Source: a virus | Direction: 5' to 3' (one strand) | IMG/VR virus record: IMGVR_UViG_3300045988_159790 | Length of the DNA: 64,000 nt | In this document: positions 56,548 through 63,946 of the stretch, piece by piece | How the letters are laid out: every line of letters starts with the position of its first letter | Position numbering within the stretch: the stretch's first letter is position 1 | Notes under the pieces: generated by a model | Seen by the model: the letters and a program-made list of their open reading frames with translations, nothing else | What the model was told of the DNA's origin: nothing | Database searches by the model: none | Program-made: the position numbers and the translations under genes

Positions 56548-57453
56548 TTATGCAGGAGTTACTTCTGATGTCCATACCCAAGCATAATGTTCACCATAGA
56601 TATCAAGCAGAATCTTTTCTCTATCATCAGAGAAGCTATTGATTTGATATGTTCTATTTGTATAAGCAAGTGAATTTCCATTTACATCTGTTGAACCTGT
56701 AAATAAAACATCCATTCCTTCTTCAAGAGCTGGAGCTGATGATTCTTCCTCCTCTTGTGAATCAGAGTAATACTTTTCTTCAACTCTTGCCTGATATGCG
56801 TCATAATCGTATCCTGCTTCAGTTAATCTAGCTCTACGCTCTTCACCATTACCATATTCTCCACGATAAATAGCATCTACTACATCCTCATCTATTGCGG
56901 AAGTTGGTGCTTCTGGCTCTTCAGGCTCAACTGGAGTTTCTTCAGGCTGGCTGCCGCCATTTACATAATCCCAAACATAGTCATTATATACTCTTAAATT
57001 AAAATCATTAATAATATCTAATGTTGTTTGATAATAGTCTGGAGCTGTTGCATAAGCAAGACCAATATCATTAGTAAGACCTTCAAGTTCTCCTTCTACT
57101 GTATCTGCAGAAGTTGCATCATCATAATTATCCCATTGCATGAGGTCATAATAACCTTGTACAGCACCTGCAATATCTGGATAAGATGCAAAACCGTCCT
57201 GTATATTTACATACTCACCATTAATATACTCTGTTGTATCTAATGTAACATCATTACCTTTAATACCAAATAAAGTTGCTGCATTAAGATTCCAACCGGA
57301 TTCCTTTCCGCCTTGTGCGATTACAACCGCAGGAGAAATTGTTTTCTGACCAGCCTCTCTACGCTTAACCCACTCATTACAAACAATAGGAGCAAGAGTG
57401 TTTACAAAATTGTTTACATGGTCATATTTTGTGTTAGTTACTGGAAAATCCAT
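56548..57453 (-). CDS. endolysin, GH73 N-acetylglucosaminidase (FlgJ/LytD-like) with acidic C-terminal domain
   Basis: VVIAQGGKESGWNLNAATLFGIKG glucosaminidase signature. Confidence 0.65.
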   Translation of the reverse strand: MDFPVTNTKYDHVNNFVNTLAPIVCNEWVKRREAGQKTISPAVVIAQGGKESGWNLNAATLFGIKGNDVTLDTTEYINGEYVNIQDGFASYPDIAGAVQGYYDLMQWDNYDDATSADTVEGELEGLTNDIGLAYATAPDYYQTTLDIINDFNLRVYNDYVWDYVNGGSQPEETPVEPEEPEAPTSAIDEDVVDAIYRGEYGNGEERRARLTEAGYDYDAYQARVEEKYYSDSQEEEESSAPALEEGMDVLFTGSTDVNGNSLAYTNRTYQINSFSDDREKILLDIYGEHYAWVWTSEVTPA

Positions 57454-57495
57454 TCTTATTTCCTCCTTTTCTTATTCTTCAATTAATATAAAAAA

Positions 57496-57525
57496 AGGAC
57501 AAATCAATTTTACCTGATTTGTCCT
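57496..57525 (-). terminator. rho-independent terminator
   Basis: aggacaaatca attttacc tgatttgtcct. Confidence 0.55.
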
Positions 57526-57609
57526 TAATTCTAAAATTCGATTTAAAAAATTCCAAAAGGTGTTTTTGTTTCCTGCGGACGGGCGTTAGCCTACCTAGCA
57601 GATGAAGGA

Positions 57610-57837
57610 TTACTGAGCATCTCTTTCCTTTTCTAACATTGCAATCTTTTCCTTCTCTTCTGCAATGTAGTCAGTTAAATTCTTAATCATTCTTTCACGA
57701 CCTCCTTCGTGACCACCCATCTCTTCAAGTTCTCTTTTATTAACTTCAATCATACGATACATCTGGTCAATCATTGCCTGATGTCCTGCAATCTTAGAAG
57801 TAATACTTTCTTCTGGCATATGGTCAATATCTGGCAT
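57610..57837 (-). CDS. small hypothetical protein
   Basis: 75 aa, helical. Confidence 0.3.
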   Translation of the reverse strand: MPDIDHMPEESITSKIAGHQAMIDQMYRMIEVNKRELEEMGGHEGGRERMIKNLTDYIAEEKEKIAMLEKERDAQ

Positions 57838-57896
57838 ATCCTTGTTCCTCCTTAATTTAAAAATAAGCGTACTTTAATTATTAAAGTACGCTTTGA

Positions 57897-57969
57897 TACT
57901 CCCATTCAGAGTCGAACTGAAATCGTTAGATTAGAAATCTAATGTTCTGTTCCATTAAACTATAGGAGT
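57897..57969 (-). tRNA. tRNA-Arg(TCT)
   Basis: RC: ACTCCTA..TTAGA/TTTCTAA/TCTAA..CAGTTCGACTCTG..TGGGAGT+A. Confidence 0.7.
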
Positions 57970-58039
57970 AAAACTAGACAGTTGTTATAAGGTTTTTTGC
58001 TAAAACTTACTTATTATAAATTTGCTGTTTCTGTCTGAA

Positions 58040-58148
58040 AACCATCAAAAGGGACTTGAACCCAATATAGACAATCTTAATTTTTACTCTTACATAATTG
58101 TCAACACTTTAAGAGTAAGTGTAGCCTTTCCTTTCAGCTAACATGATG
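58040..58148 (-). ncRNA. 109-nt tRNA-like RNA: acceptor stem, D arm, anticodon-like arm (loop ACTCTTA), about 33-nt variable arm, T arm
   Basis: RC: CCATCAT/TTGATGG acceptor, TAGC..GCTA D arm, CACTT/ACTCTTA/AAGTG, GACAAT..ATTGTC long arm with 21-nt loop, GGGTTCAAGTCCC T-arm. Confidence 0.4.
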
Positions 58149-58155
58149 GCTATAA

Positions 58156-58227
58156 GCACGCCCAGCAGGAGTCGAACCCACATACACTGTTTTGGAGACA
58201 GTAGTCCTAGCCATTAAACGACAGGCG
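58156..58227 (-). tRNA. tRNA-Trp(CCA)
   Basis: RC: ACGCCTG..ACTGT/CTCCAAA/ACAGT..GGGTTCGACTCC..TGGGCGT+G. Confidence 0.7.
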
Positions 58228-58281
58228 TGTATCCGCGGCAGGTGACGAATCCTGCCGTGTAGATGTCGTCATCATCTACAG

Positions 58282-58367
58282 CGCCGCGCCTGAGATTCGA
58301 ACTCAGATACCCCTTACGAAGATGCGGGTTTTCAAGACCCGTGCTGTACCAGTTGAGCCAACGCGGC
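58282..58367 (-). tRNA. tRNA-Ser(TGA), long variable arm
   Basis: RC: GCCGCGT..CGGGT/CTTGAAA/ACCCG, variable arm CATCTTCGTAAGGGGTAT, T-arm CTGAGTTCGAATCTCAG. Confidence 0.7.
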
Positions 58368-58373
58368 AATAAG

Positions 58374-58446
58374 TGCGGAAATGGAGACTCGAACTCCAAC
58401 TGAGTGGTTCGTAGCCACTTCGTCTATCCATTAGCGTATTCCCGCA
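58374..58446 (-). tRNA. tRNA-Arg(ACG)
   Basis: RC: GCGGGAAT..AGTGG/CTACGAA/CCACT..GAGTTCGAGTCTC..ATTTCCGC+A. Confidence 0.65.
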
Positions 58447-58449
58447 AAC

Positions 58450-58533
58450 GCGGGCACTAAGATTCGAACTTAGACACCCCGCATGAGGTGGAAGCATTAG
58501 CAATGCTCTGCGATACCTTTACGCCATACCCGC
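58450..58533 (-). tRNA. tRNA-Ser(GCT), long variable arm
   Basis: RC: GCGGGTA..GAGCA/TTGCTAA/TGCTT, variable arm CCACCTCATGCGGGGTG, CTAAGTTCGAATCTTAG. Confidence 0.65.
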
Positions 58534-58535
58534 AA

Positions 58536-58811
58536 TTATTTATTTCTATAAACCTGAAGCCATGTTCGATAAATTCTCTTATAATCAGTATCGCCCCATC
58601 TTAAACAGCTTAAATAATAAGCTTCCCAAGAAGCAAAAATTTTGCAGTCACAAATATCATACTTTTCATAAATTTTTTTATAACTACTCCTTTTGATAAC
58701 TTCATCTGGATGGTCTTTTAACCACATACGGACTACTGAATTAGCAGTTCTTTTTTTCTCTTTTCCTTTGTGGTCACAATACCAATTATGTTTTTTATAA
58801 CTTCTACTCAC
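58536..58811 (-). CDS. hypothetical basic protein
   Basis: 91 aa, abuts tRNA-Ser 5-prime end. Confidence 0.35.
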   Translation of the reverse strand: MSRSYKKHNWYCDHKGKEKKRTANSVVRMWLKDHPDEVIKRSSYKKIYEKYDICDCKIFASWEAYYLSCLRWGDTDYKRIYRTWLQVYRNK

Positions 58812-59116
58812 TTATAATTCCTCCTTTAAAAAGAACTTATAGGTGAAAAGCTGTATGAATATCCTTTCTCATATTTATCTCCTTTCTACTGTTTATTTTT
58901 GTAAGAGATAACCACCTAAACAGCACTCCTAGAAAATTACTTCGTGGACTGTTGCTAATATAAAGCTCAGGGTTGCTGGTTTGTGTATCGTTACAAAAGA
59001 AGTCCTAAACCCTTTTTCTTCTTTTATCTTACATTAAAAGTATTAGCTGATTTATGGACTGATTACCTCATTTAACCTTTGAATCCTGACTCTCAGTTAA
59101 GGCACTAATATTTTAA

Positions 59117-59190
59117 TACGCCCACCGAGACTCGAACTCGGGACCCTCAAATTAAAAGTTTGATGCTCTAGCCAACTGAGCTATAGGCGC
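59117..59190 (-). tRNA. tRNA-Lys(TTT)
   Basis: RC: GCGCCTATAGCTCAGTTGGCTAGAGC..TCAAA/CTTTTAA/TTTGA..CCCGAGTTCGAGTCTCGG. Confidence 0.7.
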
Positions 59191-59336
59191 AATAAGAGTA
59201 ACTATAAAGCTACTTTATATTAAAATTAAGAAATAATCTATTATGCTAGGCTCGTTATTTAATAACTTTAATATTTTAATATTTGTTTTTCTCAACCAGT
59301 ACTTACACTGAATTGCTGTTTAAGCCTTTAATAAAA

Positions 59337-59410
59337 TGGGGAGTAGAGGTATCGAGCCTCTCCGCCTCGGGCTTCAACCGAGTGCTCTGCCACATATGAG
59401 CTAATTCCCC
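59337..59410 (-). tRNA. tRNA-Phe(GAA)
   Basis: RC: GGGGAATTAGCTCATATGTGGCAGAGC..CTCGG/TTGAAGC/CCGAG.. Confidence 0.65.
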
Positions 59411-59523
59411 GAAAATGCGGTGTTGCAATTCCGCATAATCTGAACAAGTTTTGTTGCAACTTTTATCCTTATTCATAACCATCGACATCTAGTTTCCTAT
59501 GTTTACCAATGCCGACTACAGAA

Positions 59524-59597
59524 TTGTGGTGAAAGGATTTGAACCTCTAACCTTTAGCTCCAGCCGCTAACGCTCTACCTGATTGAGCTACACCACA
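59524..59597 (-). tRNA. tRNA with anticodon CTG (Gln) in an unusual loop GGCTGGA (G at position 33)
   Basis: RC: TGTGGTG TA GCTC AATCAGGTA GAGC G TTAGC GGCTGGA GCTAA AGGTT AGAGG TTCAAAT CCTTT CACCACA A. Confidence 0.5.
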
Positions 59598-59701
59598 AAC
59601 AATAGAACCTACAACCAATAAGAATTCTATTGTATAATATTTTGTTTCTTGCAAGAATTTTGTATTATCGCGGCGGTTGCCTCATTTAGGGGATTCCAAA
59701 C

Positions 59702-59773
59702 CCCTACGATAAAGCAGGTAACGGGAATCGAACCCGTCTATCCAGATTGGAAGTCTGGCGCACTAGCCGATGT
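59702..59773 (-). tRNA. tRNA-Gly(TCC)
   Basis: RC: GCAGGTG..CCAGA/CTTCCAA/TCTGG..GACGGGTTCGATTCCCGT..CACCTGC. Confidence 0.7.
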
Positions 59774-60239
59774 ACTACACCTGCATTTAGCTATTTCCTA
59801 TCATGAGGTTGCAACCCTAAGATGCTTGTTATTCTGATAGGTCTTGCCTTCTGAGACTTGCTCTCTACATCTCAAACCTAACCGTGTGTCATTAGCTTAA
59901 CATGCTTCATTACAAAGCATAACACCACCACTGGTCACTAACGCTCTTTAACCTCGGCTGTATCATCAACAGCATAGCTACAATACTGATAAATACTGCA
60001 GCACTAAACCAATTCTTGTACTTAAAATTTTGTTTAGTAAAATTAGAATACTGTGCTTAGCACAAAAACATTAAAGTCACCCTCAGACTTCTACTGAATC
60101 TTTCTGCTACTGGCAGACTGTTCTACAAATCACCCCTGCTATAGTCAAGAATTAATTTGATGTATAACTATGTATTAATCTTCAGTAACATCGTCATGTA
60201 CTTACTAATTAAAACTCATTATACTTAAACTATGGTGAA

Positions 60240-60311
60240 CGCTTCTAGTGGGAGTCGGACCCACCTCTATGCCGTGACAGGACATTGTCCTAACCGATGA
60301 ACGATAGAAGC
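60240..60311 (-). tRNA. tRNA-Asp(GTC)
   Basis: RC: GCTTCTA..ATGTC/CTGTCAC/GGCAT..GGTGGGTCCGACTCCCAC..TAGAAGC+G. Confidence 0.65.
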
Positions 60312-60750
60312 AAAAATGACTTATCATTATATTAAAACTATTATTTTCTAAGTCCTAAGTTTTAGTATTTAATAAGTCATCAGTGTAATTTACAGCTGTA
60401 AGAATTAATAAGTAATAAAATCATCTGATATTCTTGAACATTTGCTGTATGGACTATATTTTGTTTACTAATGTTTAATTACAAAGCCCGCATTAATAAA
60501 CTCTTTTAAAACCAAAAAAATACATTTGAGCATTATTTTCTATCTATTAAAAGTAATATTGCGGTATGGGCTTTAATGAAGTATCGCAGCTCGGAAGCTC
60601 TACTTACATATGGTGTTTGTACAAAACATCTTTGTTTTCAGTATTAACTTTTATGGAAAACAATAATCTTTTATATTAGGTATTATAAAATCCTTATATA
60701 AAAAATTAAGAAAAGCTTAACAGAAGATTTTTAGGTAATCTCCAACCTAG

Positions 60751-60834
60751 TAGGGGAGGTGAGATTCGAACTCACTCAGCCCGAAGGCAACGGTTTTACA
60801 GACCGCCCCGACTCTCCAACTTCGGCGCTCCCCT
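60751..60834 (-). tRNA. tRNA-Tyr(GTA), long variable arm
   Basis: RC: AGGGGAG..GCGGT/CTGTAAA/ACCGT, variable GCCTTCGGGCT, GTGAGTTCGAATCTCAC, CTCCCCT+A. Confidence 0.7.
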
Positions 60835-60839
60835 ATAAA

Positions 60840-60913
60840 TACTAGAAGCTAGAATCGAACTAGCAACCTGACGCTTATGAAACGCCTGCTCTAACCATTT
60901 GAGCTATTCTAGC
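60840..60913 (-). tRNA. tRNA-Met(CAT)
   Basis: RC: GCTAGAATAGCTCAAATGGTTAGAGC..GGCGT/TTCATAA/GCGTC..GCTAGTTCGATTCTAGC; G1-U72 end pair. Confidence 0.6.
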
Positions 60914-60925
60914 ACGCTTATTTTA

Positions 60926-61246
60926 TTAAGCGGTTGCCGCAGCCTTCTTAGCTTTTGCCTTAGCTGCAGCTTCTTTCTCTTTAGCAATCTTATTATCAAG
61001 CTTAGCAAAGATTGATGTTACGATTGCATAAGGAACTCTTGATGACTTAGCTTTCTCCGCCCTCTTGTCCTTTTCAATCCACCACTTCTTTGTGTAAGGC
61101 TTGTAAGGATTTGCCTTATATACATAAGCTTTTCCAGCTTCACGCTTTGCAGCAAACTTTGCCTGACGCTTAGCTTCCTGAGCTTTATGAGCCTTTGTTC
61201 TACCACCATTTGATACTCTTGATACTCTCTTATTCTGTCCTGCCAT
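60926..61246 (-). CDS. highly basic AK-rich protein (histone H1/Hc1-like tail), putative nucleic-acid-binding
   Basis: 106 aa, about 30 percent Lys/Arg, C-terminal AKEKEAAAKAKAKKAAATA; elevated GC; inside tRNA region. Confidence 0.45.
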   Translation of the reverse strand: MAGQNKRVSRVSNGGRTKAHKAQEAKRQAKFAAKREAGKAYVYKANPYKPYTKKWWIEKDKRAEKAKSSRVPYAIVTSIFAKLDNKIAKEKEAAAKAKAKKAAATA

Positions 61247-61520
61247 AATATAAATCTCCTTTTCTTTTCCTTTTCTTTGTTACATATATATTATATCATA
61301 AATTTTATATAATATCAAATAGATTTTTATTTCCTTTTGTTTATATCAAGCGGGTAAGGTTGACATTATTGTCAACCAATCCGCTAACAGAAAGGAAATT
61401 TATATGAACTGAATTTTTAAAGGAAGAAATTCAGAAAAACCAAGTAGCGGGTGCTGGCTCTGCCCCAGCGTTCTTCGGATAATGAGTCCGACGAGATTCT
61501 GACTTCTCCAACCCGCGGCA

Positions 61521-62147
61521 CTAAATTCTTTTCCAATAATATCCATAAGCAGCTAAACCTTTATTTATTGCTCTTGAGATATTTTTTCTTGCTGTTTCTA
61601 TTGGTTTATTAGGGATATCTTTAGCAGCTTCTGTTATTGAAGGATAATCTTTATATTCAGTCTTATCTATATTGTATCTCCTAACTTGTTTTCTTTGCCT
61701 ACCATCAAGAATTGTTACATTATTTTCTTTACAAGCTAAATTAACAACTAACTTATCGCAATTGAAGAATTTACAAGTTTCTTTAACTGATTGTAACTCA
61801 ATATACTTTTTAGAAATTTCTTCATAATCATATAATCTTCTTGAGTCACCACCTAAAGTAGCATTATAACCTACGCAATCTTCATAGCCTACATATGTTC
61901 TTAATTTCTTTATCCAGTATTGTTCTCTTTGACAAGCAATATCATCATTTTCAACTTCTTCAATTTGTTCTATGAAAAAATTTTCTATTCCATATTTATT
62001 CATTGCATCATATAAAGGACGCTTTTCACATCTTTCTTTTTTACTAGCTGAAATATGTTCTTGAAATCTTTTTTCTATTGGAAATGATGTTTTACCAATA
62101 TACATTTTATTGTTAATAGAATTAACAATTTTATAAATATAACTCAT
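61521..62147 (-). CDS. freestanding GIY-YIG homing endonuclease (seg-like) within tRNA cluster
   Basis: MSYIYKIVNSINNKMYIGKTSFPIEKRFQEHI GIY-YIG; AAGGAG RBS. Confidence 0.75.
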   Translation of the reverse strand: MSYIYKIVNSINNKMYIGKTSFPIEKRFQEHISASKKERCEKRPLYDAMNKYGIENFFIEQIEEVENDDIACQREQYWIKKLRTYVGYEDCVGYNATLGGDSRRLYDYEEISKKYIELQSVKETCKFFNCDKLVVNLACKENNVTILDGRQRKQVRRYNIDKTEYKDYPSITEAAKDIPNKPIETARKNISRAINKGLAAYGYYWKRI

Positions 62148-62244
62148 TAAATACTCCTTACTTTATAGTATATCTTTAAGTAAAGGAGGGTGGTAATTAT
62201 CCACCAAAACCTTTATATCAAAAATTTAAAAATTTTTGATTAAA

Positions 62245-62316
62245 TGACTCTTCCGAGATTCGAACTCGGGTCTGCGCCGTGAAAGGGCGCTGTCCTAACC
62301 GCTAGACGAAAGAGCC
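62245..62316 (-). tRNA. tRNA-Glu(TTC)
   Basis: RC: GGCTCTT..GCGCC/CTTTCAC/GGCGC..CCGAGTTCGAATCTCGG..AAGAGTC+A. Confidence 0.7.
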
Positions 62317-62380
62317 AAGCTGCTAGGAGAAAATCCTAGCATATAGAAAAGAGGTAACTTATCAAAACTTCGCATCTGAA

Positions 62381-62454
62381 TGACTTCTGCCAGATTCGAA
62401 CTGACATTCCTAGGATGAGAACCTAGATTCCTAAACCGATTAGAAGAAGAAGCC
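62381..62454 (-). tRNA. tRNA, anticodon CTC (Glu) by loop TTCTCAT
   Basis: RC: GGCTTCT..CTAGG/TTCTCAT/CCTAG..GTCAGTTCGAATCTGGC..AGAAGTC+A. Confidence 0.55.
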
Positions 62455-62595
62455 AAATCCAACTTATATTATACTCTAGTTGGCAAAGAGTAACTTCTCG
62501 TAGTCGCACGACCAAGATTTACTTTCTTGATAAAAGGTAACTCTATGTCTGGGTAAGTTAGACGGAAGTTACTAGCCACTTATAAACCCATATCT

Positions 62596-62634
62596 TATAT
62601 AAATATTATAACATATTTTTTTATAAAAATCAAA
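62596..62634 (-). promoter_or_regulatory. conserved promoter motif copy in tRNA region
   Basis: tatataaatattataacatatttttttataaaaatcaaa. Confidence 0.5.
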
Positions 62635-62835
62635 TATTTCTAAACTCGGGTATGTATTATGAAAACTATTTAAAAATAGTGTTGTCTACATATTTTGCTG
62701 TAAGAGTTAATCATTTGATTTAAAGACAGTTCGCTTCTGTCTGATATAGGCAGTATCTCATTATGTGCCAGGAGACTTTCCTATAATCTTCGTCTGACCT
62801 ATCGCCGCGACACGCCATTCAGACTAGTGTTAAAT

Positions 62836-62905
62836 TGAGAGACCGAGAGTTGAACTCGGATGACCTCCGTATCAGAGAGGCATACTAACCATTATATTAT
62901 CTCTC
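62836..62905 (-). tRNA. tRNA-Ile(GAT)
   Basis: RC: GAGAGAT..CCTCT/CTGATAC/GGAGG..CGAGAGTTCAACTCTCG..TCTCTC+A. Confidence 0.55.
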
Positions 62906-63014
62906 AAGAAAAACTAGACACTATTGATTAATTAAAGGATATAAAGCCTTTAGCATTTTACATACAAATATTTTTGTTTGTTAGAATCATCAAATTCGCT
63001 GTTAGTGCCTAAAA

Positions 63015-63084
63015 AGTATCATGTAAGATTCGAACTCACTCTTCTAGGGAATACCCAGCGTACAAACCATTATACGAATGATAC
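63015..63084 (-). tRNA. tRNA-like gene with perfect acceptor and T arm but non-canonical anticodon arm (anticodon unresolved)
   Basis: RC: GTATCAT..GTAT AATGGTTT GTAC..CTGGG TATT CCCTAG..GTGAGTTCGAATCTTAC ATGATAC; anticodon stem gives 4- or 5-nt loop. Confidence 0.4.
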
Positions 63085-63209
63085 ATATAAGATAACTTCA
63101 AAAGCTTGTTACTCACTAGTAGAGAAGAAAACTTTTATAAAAGATAAAATAATCTCTTACAAGACTTAGTTATCATGTCTTTATACCACAATTTAATTTC
63201 TTAGGTTAG

Positions 63210-63292
63210 TGCGGGATGTGAGACTCGAACTCACAAGCTTAAAGCGTACGAGCTTAAATCGTATGTGTTTGCCAATTTCACCAATCCCGCAA
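63210..63292 (-). tRNA. tRNA-Leu(TAA), long variable arm
   Basis: RC: GCGGGAT TG GTG AAATTGGCAAAC AC..TACGA/TTTAAGC/TCGTA, variable CGCTTTAAGCTT, GTGAGTTCGAGTCTCAC. Confidence 0.7.
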
Positions 63293-63446
63293 GTGGCGTT
63301 TTATTTTATTGTTAACGCCAAACAATCTAATTTAAACTTGAAATACTAATTACAGAGCGTTTCCGCATAAAGATTTTCTGATTAGTATATTGTCATTTTT
63401 AATGCTACTACAAAATCTTTTTCACATTTTTTCTTTTTTCATATCT

Positions 63447-63485
63447 TATATAAATATTATATCATATTTTTTTATAAAAATCAAA
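63447..63485 (-). promoter_or_regulatory. conserved promoter motif copy between tRNA-Ala and tRNA-Leu
   Basis: tatataaatattatatcatatttttttataaaaatcaaa (consensus-perfect copy). Confidence 0.55.
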
Positions 63486-63494
63486 TATGATTAA

Positions 63495-63567
63495 TGGAGC
63501 TAGTGGGGTTCGAACCCACGACCTTTCGCTTGCAAAACGAATGCTCTCCCAACTGAGCTACAGCCCC
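63495..63567 (-). tRNA. tRNA-Ala(TGC) with G3:U70 identity pair
   Basis: RC: GGGGCTGTAGCTCAGTTGGGAGAGC..TTCGT/TTTGCAA/GCGAA..GTGGGTTCGAACCCCAC TAGCTCC A. Confidence 0.7.
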
Positions 63568-63846
63568 TTATACCCAGTATCTATCATACAATCTTAACAT
63601 ATTTGCTAAGCCTACTGGATTTGCAGTATGAAAATTTAGCTTATAGAATAACTTCTTTTCTATTAAATAATCCATTAAATAAATAGCATCGCCGCCATCT
63701 TTAGCGAAATCACCTAAATCATGGTCTAAATCAATTAATTCTATATCACTTTTATTCTTCTCAATAAATAATATAGTCTCATTAACTGAATGACACCACA
63801 CATATCCGCAAGGTGCTTTTCTTAAATCATCAAGCCATATTTTCAT
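63568..63846 (-). CDS. hypothetical protein
   Basis: 92 aa between tRNA-Ala and tRNA-Thr. Confidence 0.35.
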   Translation of the reverse strand: MKIWLDDLRKAPCGYVWCHSVNETILFIEKNKSDIELIDLDHDLGDFAKDGGDAIYLMDYLIEKKLFYKLNFHTANPVGLANMLRLYDRYWV

Positions 63847-63875
63847 AACATTCCTTTCTAGTACTAAAGTACTAA

Positions 63876-63946
63876 TTCTGGTTGAGAGAGTCGAACTCTC
63901 GTTACTGGGTTACAAAGCCAGGGTTCTACCATTAAACTAAACCAGA
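63876..63946 (-). tRNA. tRNA-Thr(TGT)
   Basis: RC: TCTGGTT TA GTTT AATGGTA GAAC C CTGGC TTTGTAA CCCAG..GAGAGTTCGACTCTCTC AACCAGA A. Confidence 0.65.

Noticed and set aside
58450-58533. Possible amber-suppressor reading (anticodon CTA) of the tRNA at 58450-58533, loop TTGCTAA
   Set aside because: Only the 5-bp stem GAGCA/TGCTT gives a 7-nt loop, which places GCT (Ser) at 34-36. The alternative 5-bp AGCAT/ATGCT pairing leaves a non-functional 5-nt loop. The long variable arm also fits Ser.
46719-63169. Short ORFs overlapping tRNA genes (46719-47042, 58214-58503, 59303-59488, 59649-59837, 61018-61209, 62978-63169)
   Set aside because: They overlap clear tRNA structures, or sit in alternative frames of a better gene. 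They are GC-biased artefacts of the tRNA sequence.
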